From a virus: DNA of 64,000 nt. Numbering within the stretch: position 1 is the first letter of the stretch; each line of letters starts with the position of its first letter. Location of the stretch: positions 96,001 to 160,000 of the IMG/VR virus record IMGVR_UViG_3300008255_000099; one strand, 5' to 3'. This document shows, piece by piece, positions 1-9,044 of this stretch. The translations under genes and the position numbers were made by a program. The notes beneath the pieces were generated by a model. It did not search any database, was not told the origin of the DNA, and was given only the letters and a program-made list of their open reading frames with translations.

Positions 1-596
1 CCAAGTGCTGATTTACACATACTTAAAACAATAAATTTAGGTGTTGATCTTCCTAGATCTATAGAATCGTCAGATCCCCATCTTCTTCGATAATTTCTCC
101 AAAGGACTTCATTAATATAATCCCTCATTGGGGATCCTTCAGGTTTTGTAAATAAAATAGCAATTGATTCAACTGGTGTTTTTGAATATCTAGTTATCTT
201 TCGAACATTCTCTCTACTTTTTCTTCCAAGATTAGTTGCATCAAAAATCACATCTTGATAATTACCCCAATGATTAATCATATCATTTCTTAATGGATTT
301 AATTTATCAGAAAAATTAAAGATTAAAGTATCTAATTGAGACACGGTTTCTATTGGCTCAATATCAAATGCGTCTCTGATGTTTTGTAAAACAACCTCGT
401 CTTTGATTGAGCAAACAGGTCTCCTAAAAAATGAATCATAACTAAAATCAGCTTCGCTTGAGTTTTGGTATTGTGGGACAAGTTTAGCTCTAAGAATGTC
501 GGGACTTACTGTTTTAGCGGTCGGGAATTCGCTATCCAAATAGGTACTTTTCCCAACCCCTGAAGGTCCGATGGGAAAAATGAGTTTTGGCATCAT
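1..596 (-). CDS. Polynucleotide kinase-like P-loop kinase (AAA_33/PNK type), truncated by window start
   Basis: Not in ORF track; translated by hand from ATG at 596: MMPKLIFPIGPSGVGKSTYL...SPDILRAKL...VIFDATNLGRKSRENVRK, i.e. Walker A, SxDxxR and DATN motifs of PNK kinase domains; frame stays open to position 1. Confidence 0.75.
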   Translation of the reverse strand, partial: MMPKLIFPIGPSGVGKSTYLDSEFPTAKTVSPDILRAKLVPQYQNSSEADFSYDSFFRRPVCSIKDEVVLQNIRDAFDIEPIETVSQLDTLIFNFSDKLNPLRNDMINHWGNYQDVIFDATNLGRKSRENVRKITRYSKTPVESIAILFTKPEGSPMRDYINEVLWRNYRRRWGSDDSIDLGRSTPKFIVLSMCKSAL

Positions 597-611
597 ATGT
601 TCCTCTCTCTG

Positions 612-1064
612 TCAAAATTTTACGATATCACACATTAAAAAAATTTCTGAATTTCTTTTATAATTAAGCATTTCTATTTTTAATCTATCAGATCCGAACA
701 ATGAAAAGCTAGAAGTATATTCTTTTTCACTTCTAAATGATGCCACAAATGGCCGAGGAATTTGACAAAATCTTTCATATCCATTTTTTAAAAAACTATT
801 GTCATCTATTTCTCTTGTTTGAGAGAAATTGTTGCCGTTCCCACGATTCCAACCAAAACCATTCCTACGGCCCCTGTTCATTCGGCTTATATCTCTTTCA
901 CGAAGAGAATAACCACCGAACAAAGTGGCTAGACCTGGGGCATAAGCATAATTAAGTTTAATTGTTTCATATCTTTTTGCAGAAATTGTTGGGGCACCAA
1001 CTTCTTGTGCTTTTGAACCACAAATTAAACCCAAAATCAATAAAATAATAAATAAATTTTTCAT
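612..1064 (-). CDS. Hypothetical protein with N-terminal signal peptide
   Basis: 150 aa; MKNLFIILLILGLICGSKA|QE is a basic-hydrophobic-SxA signal peptide pattern. Confidence 0.6.
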   Translation of the reverse strand: MKNLFIILLILGLICGSKAQEVGAPTISAKRYETIKLNYAYAPGLATLFGGYSLRERDISRMNRGRRNGFGWNRGNGNNFSQTREIDDNSFLKNGYERFCQIPRPFVASFRSEKEYTSSFSLFGSDRLKIEMLNYKRNSEIFLMCDIVKF

Positions 1065-1089
1065 TTTGAAATCCTTTTATCTAAACCGT

Positions 1090-1761
1090 TTATCTAAACC
1101 CAACAACACCACCAGGGCTATCAACACTTCTCCAGTTATTCCAAAGATTTTCTGTTAAATCACCGTGTTTATTATTAGAAGGTGTAGCAGAAGGTCCATC
1201 TCTCCAAATATAACCAAATCCAGGTGTCGAAGGATTTCCATTAACCTCAAAAATACCTTTCTGATCACCAGCGGTATCTTTAATCCTTCCCATTATCTTA
1301 TACCCATTTTCTCCATTCTGAACAATTACAAATTGCCAATTTCTTATTTCTTTGACAACATCATCGAATTCAGATGGCAATTCTTCTGCTCTTATTTCGT
1401 TTGAATTTTCATCAAAAAGCAACAAACAAGCTTTTTCTTTTCTTTCTGGAACAGTTATTATCTTTATTTCATTGGGGTTTTTCCCATAAAATAAATCCTT
1501 AACTTCTTTAACTGTTTGCCATTCCCCATCATCTGAAATCTCTGCTGCTTCTCCGATTGGAACATATTCTGGATGATACCTAAATTGGTCCCTAATAAAC
1601 TCCCCCATGTTATCATCTTCGCTGTAAGGATACCATCTTGGACCGCCGTATTTTGCGCTTAAACTAAATCCATAGAATTGACCACCACCAGACGGACCCA
1701 ATCCGCCAAGACTCTGTGCTTCTTTTATTCTAATTTCATTTATTGCTAATTTTAACCACAT
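1090..1761 (-). CDS. Hypothetical protein, MWLKLA N-terminus (possible virion/internal protein)
   Basis: 223-aa ORF; first six residues and 21 nt around the start are identical to those of the adjacent gene. Confidence 0.7.
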   Translation of the reverse strand: MWLKLAINEIRIKEAQSLGGLGPSGGGQFYGFSLSAKYGGPRWYPYSEDDNMGEFIRDQFRYHPEYVPIGEAAEISDDGEWQTVKEVKDLFYGKNPNEIKIITVPERKEKACLLLFDENSNEIRAEELPSEFDDVVKEIRNWQFVIVQNGENGYKIMGRIKDTAGDQKGIFEVNGNPSTPGFGYIWRDGPSATPSNNKHGDLTENLWNNWRSVDSPGGVVGFR

Positions 1762-1763
1762 AT

Positions 1764-2207
1764 TTATTCCTCAATCGTTGGGAAACCGAATGGTGGGGCT
1801 GATAAATCAATATCTTTCATTAACCAATCGCTTAAATGATCTTTATACATTTCAGCCTCTGTTAAAAATATATCATTTTCAGATATATCAGAATCTATTA
1901 ATTCTAATGGCTCATCCAATAACTCATCAATATAATTGTTAAAAATTGTTTTAAATTTAGAATAATCACTAAAAAAATCATTATTAAAAGAAATATTATT
2001 ATCATATCCATGAGTAATTAACCGATTGATTAACCACTCCAAATCTTCTTCTGTGTAACACCATTCTTTCAATGGTGTTCTTTCCATTTTTTCTTCTATT
2101 TTAGATTTATACAAACTCCACCAGTTAGAAATTCTAATTGCTCTTTTCTTTATTTCATTCGCACTTTCATATTGACTTAATTTTACGAATGCTAATTTTA
2201 ACCACAT
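1764..2207 (-). CDS. Hypothetical acidic protein, MWLKLA N-terminus
   Basis: 147-aa ORF, stop 2 nt from the next start. Confidence 0.7.
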   Translation of the reverse strand: MWLKLAFVKLSQYESANEIKKRAIRISNWWSLYKSKIEEKMERTPLKEWCYTEEDLEWLINRLITHGYDNNISFNNDFFSDYSKFKTIFNNYIDELLDEPLELIDSDISENDIFLTEAEMYKDHLSDWLMKDIDLSAPPFGFPTIEE

Positions 2208-2240
2208 ATTTCCACCATAAAAGATACTTCTTATTTTTTT

Positions 2241-3260
2241 TCAAGAATCCTCCTCAACCATCTTTAACATTTTTTCATATGAATCAACTGAAATTTCTTC
2301 TGACTTTTCAATTAACTCTTTTACTTTAGGCCAGTTAGGATTTCCTTTTGATTTTTTACCCATGGTTTTAATTATGTTCTCCGTTGCAATACCTTGAGAT
2401 TTTAAAAAATTAAATTGTTCTGCATGGGAATGTCTTTCTGTTAAGATGTTATAATATTCTTTAGAATATTCATCAAGTTTATTTGTCACAATTTGGATTC
2501 TTTTCAACAAAGAGGTTGGTAACCCAAGAGCTTTTGCTATTCCATCCAAACCATCATATTTTTCATACCCTTCAATAATTGCAGCTAATTCTGAAAAGTC
2601 TTCTTTTGTCATTCCGGTTTCATCAGGTGTTAAAAGAATTTTTTTCTGATGTTGGAAATGGTGGAAATATTCGTGGACGGCAATACAATTGGACCAAGGA
2701 GTCTCATAGTTCTCTCTTGCAGGGAAAACCATATGTAATTTGCTTGGGCTATAATAGGCATAAGCATTTACTAGTCCATATGTAGCCCACAAAGGTTCTG
2801 GAATTGATAAAACGGAAAGATTCTCATCAACGCCAGAAGTCTCACCATATTTTTCAACTAAAACTCTCTCAAGATATTCTTTTGCTTTGGGGTACAAAGT
2901 TATATTTGTCTCTAAGACATCTTTTGAGTAAAGATATATTTTATGTTGTTTTAACTCATTGATAAATTCTTTTTTGATTGAATTCGTTAATTCTTTAGGG
3001 GATTCTGTGGCTGTCTTTATTTCTGGCCCACATAAAAATTCTACTTCTATAATTTTAAATGTATAATTTAATTTAATCTTTATCCAAGCAATAGCATCCC
3101 TATGAATTGGTTTATCTATGATTTTAAAAGTATCTGTATCATAGTAATAATCTCGCCAAACGCTATAGGTCTCCTCCAAATAATCGCTTGAAAAACTCCA
3201 ATAGAAACGAAACATTGAGTTTGCGCTTTTGATTGGGATGATGATGTCAGTGACTTCCAT
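2241..3260 (-). CDS. Zincin-like (HExxH) metallopeptidase-domain protein
   Basis: IAVHEYFHHFQH motif; ORF-track start 3299 lies inside a GC-rich RNA-like structure, in-frame ATG at 3260 (MEVTD) preferred but start uncertain. Confidence 0.55.
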   Translation of the reverse strand: MEVTDIIIPIKSANSMFRFYWSFSSDYLEETYSVWRDYYYDTDTFKIIDKPIHRDAIAWIKIKLNYTFKIIEVEFLCGPEIKTATESPKELTNSIKKEFINELKQHKIYLYSKDVLETNITLYPKAKEYLERVLVEKYGETSGVDENLSVLSIPEPLWATYGLVNAYAYYSPSKLHMVFPARENYETPWSNCIAVHEYFHHFQHQKKILLTPDETGMTKEDFSELAAIIEGYEKYDGLDGIAKALGLPTSLLKRIQIVTNKLDEYSKEYYNILTERHSHAEQFNFLKSQGIATENIIKTMGKKSKGNPNWPKVKELIEKSEEISVDSYEKMLKMVEEDS

Positions 3261-3263
3261 GGT

Positions 3264-3329
3264 GGCTCTAAACCTCGACTCCCGAGGGGATTCTACCATA
3301 GAATCGTGGGGATCGTGCCCCTAGAACTG
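3264..3329. ncRNA. tRNA-like cloverleaf structure (non-canonical; function unknown)
   Basis: 7-bp closing stem plus three hairpins: CCTCG/CGAGG, GATTC-7nt-GAATC, GGGG/CCCC; lacks canonical TTC loop and U33; ACCA follows the closing stem on the minus strand. Confidence 0.35.
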
Positions 3330-3335
3330 GTGGAA

Positions 3336-4796
3336 TTAAAATCTTGAGTGAGAATGCTCTGCAAAACCAGGGATTTCTGATTCTTCGTCATTTATGTCAA
3401 TTGTTTCATCCCTTATTTTTCTTTTATCATCGTCAAAAGAATGCAACATCTCCATAGCCTTCCCTAATGGAATATCTTTAAGAGAAACTCCTTCCAACAT
3501 TTCAGGGACATATTTACTTCCAATACCCGATTGATTATTCTCATTATCTGGATCTTCTTGATTCATCCTCAAGCTATGTGGGCCGTCAAAAACATTTACA
3601 GATGGTGAATCTTCTGTCTTATAAGACAATTCCTCATGTGAGGCACCAGTTTCATTCCCCTTTGATTCGGAATCAAAGAGGTGATCAAACCATCCTTTTG
3701 GAAGAGAGGCCGAGGCTGCTTCCCCTGGTGTTGGTGGCCTTCTCCATTCGTTTTCATCAAATCTTGAATAAGGGCTTAAATCAGGATCGCTAGGAGAAAG
3801 ATTTCTTCTGGATGGTGCTTCTGTGTCAATCATTGGTGAATGACGTGCAATTTTTCTTAATTTTGAATTTAATTCATCTTTTTTAGAATGTTGTCTTAAT
3901 GTTGAAAGATTAGCATACCAATCTGGAAGTCTTTCATGTTGTCGTGTATAATTCATTGCAAATTCAGAAGGATCTGTTTGCCGTTTGCTTTGCATCCTAT
4001 TCTCAAGATTGTCATAATGAATAGCACTTTTTTCTTCATTCATTCGAATAAATTCAGGTGAATTTTCCTTTTCTTTTTTTCTTTCATTAGCTTGACTTTC
4101 TAATAATCTTTGAAGTCTATGTAAATTTTTCTTTTTTATTCTTTCAGACCAAGTTAAATTATAATTATCTTCAGAACGCTCTTTGTCTTTATGTCCTAAT
4201 CTTTCTTCTGGTCTTTCATGTAGAGATTCTTCTGTTGATTTAAACCAAGAATCTTTTGGCCCTCTAACAGTATCCAACATCGTATCAAAAGTTACATTTG
4301 CTGGATAACGACCCCATTGGTTAATATCCCCTTTTTCTAATCCAAAAACTGTTTCACCACGGCCTTTTGCAGAATCCGGCATGTTCCCCATGCCTCCCCA
4401 TTGAGCAAATCTTAAAGTTAAAAGGCCATTATCATCGAAATCATTTTTAATCATTTGAGAAAGTTTAAGGATAGAAGAAGTATCTAAATTTGGTTTCTTT
4501 TCTTCCGAAAGCTTCAAAAGAATAGATTGAACTCTTTGTTGAAGATCTCCCTCTTTTTCATTTAAGGCTAATTTTTTAAGAGAATCATCACTATAAAGAC
4601 AAGAATTATCACTAACTAAAACAAGATCTAAATTTTCTTCTTTATTTGCTGTTTTTATTTTTGGATTCATAATTTTTGCGAACAAAGAATGATTATCTTC
4701 ATCAAGAATTTTAATAATATTACCTTGTTTTAGAATTATTTTATTTTCTTTATTATGGAAACCATCTGAAAGTTTCATTAAATCTTCAAGTCTCAT
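3336..4796 (-). CDS. Hypothetical protein, hydrophilic/low-complexity C-terminal half
   Basis: 486-aa ORF with GGAG SD; no recognisable catalytic motif. Confidence 0.7.
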   Translation of the reverse strand: MRLEDLMKLSDGFHNKENKIILKQGNIIKILDEDNHSLFAKIMNPKIKTANKEENLDLVLVSDNSCLYSDDSLKKLALNEKEGDLQQRVQSILLKLSEEKKPNLDTSSILKLSQMIKNDFDDNGLLTLRFAQWGGMGNMPDSAKGRGETVFGLEKGDINQWGRYPANVTFDTMLDTVRGPKDSWFKSTEESLHERPEERLGHKDKERSEDNYNLTWSERIKKKNLHRLQRLLESQANERKKEKENSPEFIRMNEEKSAIHYDNLENRMQSKRQTDPSEFAMNYTRQHERLPDWYANLSTLRQHSKKDELNSKLRKIARHSPMIDTEAPSRRNLSPSDPDLSPYSRFDENEWRRPPTPGEAASASLPKGWFDHLFDSESKGNETGASHEELSYKTEDSPSVNVFDGPHSLRMNQEDPDNENNQSGIGSKYVPEMLEGVSLKDIPLGKAMEMLHSFDDDKRKIRDETIDINDEESEIPGFAEHSHSRF

Positions 4797-4844
4797 AGTT
4801 TTCTCCAGTAAATGTTATTTCTTATGATTTTTATATTTTCCTGC

Positions 4845-4886
4845 AAAACAAAAAAGCTGTGGCAATTGCCACAGCTTTTTTGTTTT
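4845..4886. terminator. Perfect 42-bp palindrome, probable bidirectional intrinsic terminator
   Basis: AAAACAAAAAAGCTGTGGCAA|TTGCCACAGCTTTTTTGTTTT, 15 nt downstream of the 4902 stop; T-tracts on both strands. Confidence 0.75.
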
Positions 4887-4901
4887 TTTGAGATGTCTTA
4901 A

Positions 4902-6449
4902 TTAGATATCTAACCCAATTAGTTGAAGTTCAACAGTTGCAAGAGCGTCTGTTTCGGCTTCTGTTTCTCCAACATGGAGATTGAGATAATCACTTGCTTC
5001 GATTGTTTGATTTATAGGAACAAAATATTCTCTAGGAATAGTTGCGCTATAAACAACACCAAGTTGATCTAAATCAACACCAGCGGTTAGAGTACCACTA
5101 ACTTCAACCCTTGTCCAATAAAGGTCTTCGGTTGAAATTGTGGTTGGGGGTGTTGCACCAAGCAAGGTTGAACTTGCTGCTACTCTTCTCCAATCTGCGG
5201 GAATTGCAAATGTTATGGCACCATCAATAGCGAGCATTGCTCCACCACTAGCTGTTCCATCAGTTGCGCTTGCATCAACCCATTCAAAACCATTCCAATA
5301 ACTTAAAGTTATTGTTTCTGCGGCTGCGTTTGGAGTTGTCCCGACATCAACTACAATTCCACCATAAATGCTTGAATGACCTATGTAAACATAGTCAGAT
5401 GTTGTCCATTGAGTGACAATGTTAGAAACACCGGCACCACCATCAGCAAGAGCAGAAGTAATATCAGCTAAAGTGGCATTATCGCTGCTAACAACAGCAT
5501 CAAAATCTCCACCATAACCAATTGCTTCAATCCCCACTAATGGCTCTTCATCTGGAATAACAATTCTTTCTATTTCAACATCGGCGTCAAAGTTTGCAGA
5601 TGACACAATTTGAATCCAATAAGCTTCAGCAGTCCCCGAGAGTTTAGTTAATTCCCAATCGCCTGGTTTTTCGTACCAAGCAATCCAACCGCTTTGAGCT
5701 AATGTAATTCCTCCAGCAGTTGTTAAATCATCAACATTATCGAAATCGGTCCAAGCTGAACCATTCCAATATCTAATTGTTAATGAGCTTGTTGTGCTGT
5801 TAACACTTGCTGTCATATCAACATAAACACCAGCAAATTTTCTTGTTGGAGATCCAAGATAAAGAGCATTATCTTCATCTGCGTTCCCCACAAAAAGGTC
5901 TAATGTTGTTGTTGTGTCTGGGAGACCGATACTTGTGACAACATCATATTCATCAATATAACCAAATGTTGTGATCTGTTCAAGATATTCTCCTGGGTTT
6001 CCCTTTGTTAATAACATATGAACTTTGTTGTCAAGGTTTAAAACACCAGAACCATCGTCAACTGCTGGCAATGTTGTGGCTTTCAAAACAACTTTTGTCA
6101 AAGCTAAAGATCGTCTTGGTCTTAAATAAGCTAATGGCATTCTTGAAGCTGTATCAAAAGCGGTATCAGCTAATTGGATATCTAATGTGACTAAAGGTAA
6201 ATAATTTCTTTTAACAGCATCAGATTTCCCAAGGCGATAACTGGCTGCATTTGATGAGAAACCACCAGTTTCTGAATCATCAATTTCGCCAATATGCTGA
6301 AGTTTACCGGCTCTAATGTGTGGGATAACTAATTCCACCTGATCGGCTGGTAAAACAAATGTTTCACCATAACCGAAGTTGTTGCCTTTAACTCCAACTT
6401 TCCCTGGTCCTCTATGTGTTACTTGAAATTTATGTAGGTTCACTGACAT
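4902..6449 (-). CDS. Probable virion structural/decoration protein with two beta-rich repeats (paralog A)
   Basis: 515 aa, G/T/D/A-rich, two YWNGxxW-containing units; aligns end to end with 6462..8021; GGAGG SD; higher GC than flanks. Confidence 0.6.
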   Translation of the reverse strand: MSVNLHKFQVTHRGPGKVGVKGNNFGYGETFVLPADQVELVIPHIRAGKLQHIGEIDDSETGGFSSNAASYRLGKSDAVKRNYLPLVTLDIQLADTAFDTASRMPLAYLRPRRSLALTKVVLKATTLPAVDDGSGVLNLDNKVHMLLTKGNPGEYLEQITTFGYIDEYDVVTSIGLPDTTTTLDLFVGNADEDNALYLGSPTRKFAGVYVDMTASVNSTTSSLTIRYWNGSAWTDFDNVDDLTTAGGITLAQSGWIAWYEKPGDWELTKLSGTAEAYWIQIVSSANFDADVEIERIVIPDEEPLVGIEAIGYGGDFDAVVSSDNATLADITSALADGGAGVSNIVTQWTTSDYVYIGHSSIYGGIVVDVGTTPNAAAETITLSYWNGFEWVDASATDGTASGGAMLAIDGAITFAIPADWRRVAASSTLLGATPPTTISTEDLYWTRVEVSGTLTAGVDLDQLGVVYSATIPREYFVPINQTIEASDYLNLHVGETEAETDALATVELQLIGLDI

Positions 6450-6461
6450 AATTGACCTCCT

Positions 6462-8021
6462 TTATACATCAATTCCAATTAATTGCAATTCGACTCCTGA
6501 AAGTGCATCGGTTTCAGCTTCTACTTCTCCGACATAGAGATTAAGATAATCACTTGCTGCGATGTAAGTATTAACTGGTGCCTCAAATTCGATTGGCATC
6601 TGTGCGCTTCTAGCAATTCTTATTAGATCCAAATCAAAGCTTGGGGTTAGGTTCCCGTCAACCACTAATTTTAACCAATAAAGTTCATCAGTTGAAATTG
6701 TAGTTGGGGGTGTTGCACCTAAAACAGTTGAACTTGCTGCTGCTTTTCTCCAGTCTGCTGGAATTGCAAACGTTACAGTTCCGTCAACTTTCATTGTATC
6801 TGCAACAGAATTTGTTCCGTCAGTTGCACTAGTATCAACCCATTCGAAACCATTCCAATAACTAACTGTCATTGTTGAAACAGCGTCGTTAACGGTTGTC
6901 CCCACATCAATTGTTAGTCCACCATGAGCTGCTGCTGAACCAAAATACATTGCATCGTCTGCCGCTGCCCATTGGGTGCCAAGCATATTTTGCAAACCAG
7001 AGCCACCAGTCGCTAAATCTGAAGTGACATCAGAAAGGGTTGTATCATCTTCAAGAACGATAGCATCAAAATCGCCACCATTCAAAACAACATCCATACC
7101 TACGACTGGTTGATCGTCTGGGATAACAATTCTTTCGATTTCAGTGTCAGCGTCAAGGTTGCCGGAAACAACAATTTGAACCCAATAAGCTTCTTCTGTC
7201 GTTCCAGATACTGAACCACTAACAGTTGATTTTTCCCAGTTGGAAGGGAATTCATACCAAGCAATCCAACCGCTTTGTGCCAAAGTGGCTCCTGCTTTTT
7301 GTGTCAGGTCATTGACATTATCAAACTCAACCCAAGTAGAACCATTGTAATACTTAATTGTTGAGATAACTGATGCATTTGAGTTTGGAGTTGCTGTCAT
7401 ATCAACATAAACACCTGAGAATTTTTCAGAGTTTCCAAGATAAATCTTGTCTGTTGCTGCAACCATTGCGTCGATAACAGTACCTGTGTCTGGAAGACCC
7501 AAACTTGTCATAACACCAGCATCATCAAGATAACCATAAGTTGTAATCTGAGTTGGTGTTGCTCCTGGGTCGCCTTTTGTTAACAACATTGAAACTTGGT
7601 TGTCAATGTTGAGTGTTCCAGAGCCGTTTCCATCAGATGGAAGAACTGCTGCTTTTAACGAAACTTTATGTAAAGCCATTGATCGTCTTGGCCTTAAATA
7701 AGCCAATGCAACAGTTGCAGGTGTGTCAAAAGCTGTATCATCTAGGTCAATATCTAAAGTGACCATCGGCCAGAAGTTTCTTTTAACAGCATCACCCTTG
7801 CCTCTAATATAGTTTAACATTGCAGTTGAAACAACTGAATCATTATCATCAACTTCACCACGATAGGCGATTTTTCTTGTAACTATATCATTGACTTTAA
7901 CTCGTTGGAGTTGATCTGCTGGCAAGTAAAAAACATCTCCATAAGATAGAAGCTTACCACCAACATTAGTGTTGCCTGGGCCTCTAAATACACATTCAAA
8001 TTTATGAATATTTGTGGACAT
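6462..8021 (-). CDS. Probable virion structural/decoration protein with two beta-rich repeats (paralog B)
   Basis: 519 aa; shares GKxDAVKRN, DTAFDT, LAYLRPRRS, AQSGWIAWYE, YWNGFEWVD, ASDYLNL, VELQLIG with paralog A; AGGAGG SD. Confidence 0.6.
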   Translation of the reverse strand: MSTNIHKFECVFRGPGNTNVGGKLLSYGDVFYLPADQLQRVKVNDIVTRKIAYRGEVDDNDSVVSTAMLNYIRGKGDAVKRNFWPMVTLDIDLDDTAFDTPATVALAYLRPRRSMALHKVSLKAAVLPSDGNGSGTLNIDNQVSMLLTKGDPGATPTQITTYGYLDDAGVMTSLGLPDTGTVIDAMVAATDKIYLGNSEKFSGVYVDMTATPNSNASVISTIKYYNGSTWVEFDNVNDLTQKAGATLAQSGWIAWYEFPSNWEKSTVSGSVSGTTEEAYWVQIVVSGNLDADTEIERIVIPDDQPVVGMDVVLNGGDFDAIVLEDDTTLSDVTSDLATGGSGLQNMLGTQWAAADDAMYFGSAAAHGGLTIDVGTTVNDAVSTMTVSYWNGFEWVDTSATDGTNSVADTMKVDGTVTFAIPADWRKAAASSTVLGATPPTTISTDELYWLKLVVDGNLTPSFDLDLIRIARSAQMPIEFEAPVNTYIAASDYLNLYVGEVEAETDALSGVELQLIGIDV

Positions 8022-8201
8022 ACTTTGCCTCCTATTTTCTTTCTAACGAACAATATTGCTCACTATCCAGTCAATTATATATGGATTTCAAAAACTCCTT
8101 CTTTTTTTCAAAAAAATTTTGGTTTTTTGGGTTTGGCTACGGTAAAATATTCCAATTTTTCAAAAAAGGTGAAAATCTATAGATTTAATAAATTAAGAAT
8201 T

Positions 8202-9032
8202 ATGATTTCATTAAAATTTTCAGAGAAACTAGATCAATTTGGGATGAACAAAGAAAGTGATTTCTTTATGAAAATCGCTATGTCAGACAGAATTTCAAGG
8301 CTTGCTGATAAAGATTCAACTCAAATTATTAAAAAAATTAAAGAACACATTCTAAAACGCAATGAAGCTCAACCATATTTTTCTGAAAATTCATTTTCGC
8401 TAAAATACATCTCGGAAACAATTGGAAAAATCGGAATTTATGTAGATACAGTTTTTCAAAGTGTTAAAAAATTTGATGATATTGCCGTTGTTGATGGCAG
8501 ATCTAGTGGAAAAAGAGATGAGGACGAGGAAAATATTATAGAACTAAAAATAGAAACACATAGAAATAATTTTTTAAAAAGTGAAGTTTTAATTAAAAAA
8601 TTAATGTTTAGGATTTCTTTCACGGTAAGGCATGAGGTTGAACATTTATATCAAGTTTATTTTGGTATAATTGATAAAGATTATGAGCCAGAACATTCAG
8701 CCACCGAAAAATATTATTTAGATTCAATAGAAATAAAAGCTAACGCCGCAGCATTAGCCTTTGTTTCTGGCCTGATTAAATCAGAAGATATTATTTCATA
8801 TGAAGAGTTTTATACAATAATGAAAAAAGAATATATGAATTTATATAATGAGCTTCCAGATCTTGAATATGTTAGGGGGAAATATAAAGAATTTATTTTT
8901 GAAAAAACCCCAGAAATAGTAGAGTTAATTCAAAAATTTGTAATTCATTTTTCAGATCAATTTTTAAGAATAGCTGTCTACAATGAAATATTAGATGAAT
9001 TAAAAAACAGATTCCCAGAATTATTTGAATAG
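8202..9032 (+). CDS. Zincin-like (HExxH) protein
   Basis: RHEVEHLYQ followed downstream by EIKANA (possible third ligand); track start 8004 overlaps the divergent gene so a later ATG (8202 or downstream) is preferred. Confidence 0.55.
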   Translation: MISLKFSEKLDQFGMNKESDFFMKIAMSDRISRLADKDSTQIIKKIKEHILKRNEAQPYFSENSFSLKYISETIGKIGIYVDTVFQSVKKFDDIAVVDGRSSGKRDEDEENIIELKIETHRNNFLKSEVLIKKLMFRISFTVRHEVEHLYQVYFGIIDKDYEPEHSATEKYYLDSIEIKANAAALAFVSGLIKSEDIISYEEFYTIMKKEYMNLYNELPDLEYVRGKYKEFIFEKTPEIVELIQKFVIHFSDQFLRIAVYNEILDELKNRFPELFE

Positions 9033-9044
9033 ATCAATTAAAAT

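Noticed and set aside
3256-3265. Exact Kozak consensus GCCACCATGG at the 3260 start
   Set aside because: Genes here use Shine-Dalgarno sites and prokaryotic organisation; the match is explained by the cloverleaf 3' end and chance.
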